DNA of 32,000 nt from Mycobacterium leprae TN (GTDB lineage Bacteria > Actinomycetota > Actinomycetes > Mycobacteriales > Mycobacteriaceae): contig NC_002677.1 of assembly GCF_000195855.1 (NCBI RefSeq), positions 210,001-242,000 on the forward strand, written 5' to 3'. The notes beneath the pieces were generated by a model. It ran no database searches and had not been told where the DNA came from. It saw only the letters and a program-made list of their open reading frames with translations. Position numbers and translations under genes: made by a program. Shown one piece after another: positions 30,531 through 32,000 of the stretch; position 1 is the first letter of the stretch, and each line of letters starts with the position of its first letter.

Positions 30531-31217
30531 GTGCGGATACTTGCCGTTGACGACGATCGGGCGGTGCGTGAGTCTCTGCGCCGGTCGTTGTCGTTCAATG
30601 GTTATTCGGTCGAACTGGCCAACGACGGGGTCGAGGCGTTGGAGATGGTTGCCCGCGATAGGCCTGATGCTCTCGTTCTCGATGTCATGATGCCGCGCCT
30701 GGACGGTTTAGAGGTCTGCCGTCAGCTCCGAAGTACCGGTGACGACCTGCCGATCCTGGTGCTAACCGCCCGCGATTCGGTCTCCGAACGGGTCGCCGGC
30801 TTGGATGCCGGTGCCGACGACTACCTGCCCAAACCGTTCGCCCTCGAAGAACTGTTGGCGCGGATTCGGGCGCTGCTACGCCGCACCAAGCCCGATGACG
30901 CTGCCGAGTCCGTGGCGATGAGTTTTTCCGACTTAACCCTGGACCCGGTGACCCGCGAAGTCGCCCGCGGACAACGCTGGATCAGTCTGACCCGTACCGA
31001 ATTCGCGTTGTTGGAAATGCTGATCGCTAATCCGCGGCGGGTACTTACACGCAGCCGCATCCTCGAAGAGGTGTGGGGATTTGATTTTCCGACCTCCGGC
31101 AATGCACTGGAAGTCTATGTCGGGTATTTGCGCCGCAAAACCGAGGCCGATGGTGAGTCACGGCTAATCCACACTGTACGTGGAGTGGGCTATGTATTAA
31201 GGGAGACGCCGCCCTGA
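30531..31217 (+). CDS. mprA: OmpR-family response regulator MprA
   Basis: Receiver domain ([15 protein letters not shown]...[10 protein letters not shown]...LTARD...KPF) followed by a winged-helix domain ([12 protein letters not shown]...VRGVGYVL). GTG 30531 is chosen because the receiver starts immediately after it. The open frame extends up to TTG 30456. Confidence 0.93.
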   Translation: MRILAVDDDRAVRESLRRSLSFNGYSVELANDGVEALEMVARDRPDALVLDVMMPRLDGLEVCRQLRSTGDDLPILVLTARDSVSERVAGLDAGADDYLPKPFALEELLARIRALLRRTKPDDAAESVAMSFSDLTLDPVTREVARGQRWISLTRTEFALLEMLIANPRRVLTRSRILEEVWGFDFPTSGNALEVYVGYLRRKTEADGESRLIHTVRGVGYVLRETPP

Positions 31218-32000
31218 TGGTTCGGTTTGCCTGGCGCCGGCGCGCATCGTTGCGAGCCACCAGTTCTTTATCCCTGCGGTGGAGGGTAATGCTCCTGGCA
31301 ATGTCCATGGTGGCGATGGTCGTCGTCTTGATGGCATTCGCTGTCTACGTTGTGATCTCGGCGGCGCTGTACAGCGATATCGATAATCAACTGCAGAGCA
31401 GGGCGCAGTTGCTGATCGCTAGTGGTTCGTTGGCAGCCGACCCTGGCAAGGCCATCGAGGGCACTGCCTACTCGGATGTCAACGCCATGTTGGTGAACCC
31501 GGGCCACTCGATTTACACGGCCAATCAGCCGGGTCAGACTCTTCCTGTCGGAACGGCAGAGAAAGCTGTCATCCGTGGTGAGCTGTTCATGTCGCAACGT
31601 ACTGCATCGGACCAACGCATACTCGCCATCCACCTGCCCAACGACAGTTCGCTGCTGATCTCTAAGAGCTTGCGGCCAACCGAAGCTGTCATGACCAAGC
31701 TGCGCTGGGTGCTTTTGATTGTCGGAAGCCTCGGCGTCGCGGTTGCCGCGGTGGCCGGGGGGATGGTTACTCGGGCGGGGCTGCGTCCGGTGGGGCGTCT
31801 GACCGAAGCGGCCGAGCGAGTGGCGCGTACCGACGACCTGCGGCCCATCCCGGTGTTCGGCAGTGACGAATTGGCCAGGCTCACTGAGGCATTCAACTTG
31901 ATGTTGCGGGCATTGGCCGAATCTCGGGAACGCCAGGCACGGCTGGTAACCGACGCCGGACATGAGTTGCGCACCCCGTTGACCTCGCTGCGCACCAACG
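31217..32000 (+). CDS. mprB: Sensor histidine kinase MprB, 5' part (runs off the window)
   Basis: The ATG overlaps the mprA stop (TGATG). The frame reads [37 protein letters not shown] (TM1), a periplasmic loop, TM2, a HAMP domain (GRLTEAAERVARTDDL...ELARLTEAFNLML) and the H-box TDAGHELRTPLTSLRTN. Absent from the ORF track because there is no stop within the window. Confidence 0.93.
   Translation, partial: MVRFAWRRRASLRATSSLSLRWRVMLLAMSMVAMVVVLMAFAVYVVISAALYSDIDNQLQSRAQLLIASGSLAADPGKAIEGTAYSDVNAMLVNPGHSIYTANQPGQTLPVGTAEKAVIRGELFMSQRTASDQRILAIHLPNDSSLLISKSLRPTEAVMTKLRWVLLIVGSLGVAVAAVAGGMVTRAGLRPVGRLTEAAERVARTDDLRPIPVFGSDELARLTEAFNLMLRALAESRERQARLVTDAGHELRTPLTSLRTN

Noticed and set aside
31268-31998. 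231-aa and 154-aa minus-strand ORFs
   Set aside because: Antisense to mprB, whose plus-strand frame has clear TM-HAMP-H-box architecture.

Overview
The window looks like a leprosy-bacillus chromosome (Mycobacterium leprae or M. lepromatosis type): about 58% GC, actinobacterial housekeeping genes in M. tuberculosis-like order, and heavy pseudogene decay. All homology calls are by-eye comparison with remembered protein families; no search was run. Positions 1-16200 carry mostly intact core genes: pgi, chorismate mutase, uvrD1, an M23 peptidase, sucCD, two membrane proteins (Rv0954-like, perM-like) and purNH. Four decayed genes are interspersed: an Fpg/Nei fragment, an SDR, a mycolyltransferase fragment and an LLM oxidoreductase. 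Positions 16200-30230 are a roughly 14 kb pseudogene graveyard with one clearly intact ORF, a DUF1707 protein. It holds remnants of an AAA ATPase, an adenylate cyclase, a vWA protein, a five-gene acyl-CoA carboxylase catabolic operon (fadE-accD-accA-fadE-echA), a WXG-motif/DUF1023 hydrolase, an IS30-family transposase and an AtuA-like gene. The window ends with intact rpmF, mprA and the 5' part of mprB. The most notable structures are rearrangement scars. The carboxylase block is inverted relative to the M. tuberculosis order as I recall it. The vWA pseudogene appears split between the two junctions. One junction carries an IS30-like remnant bounded by perfect 25-bp inverted repeats, and the other carries a perfect 13-bp-stem palindrome next to a 22-nt poly-G tract. 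I see no intact novel multi-gene system, CRISPR array, tRNA or rRNA.
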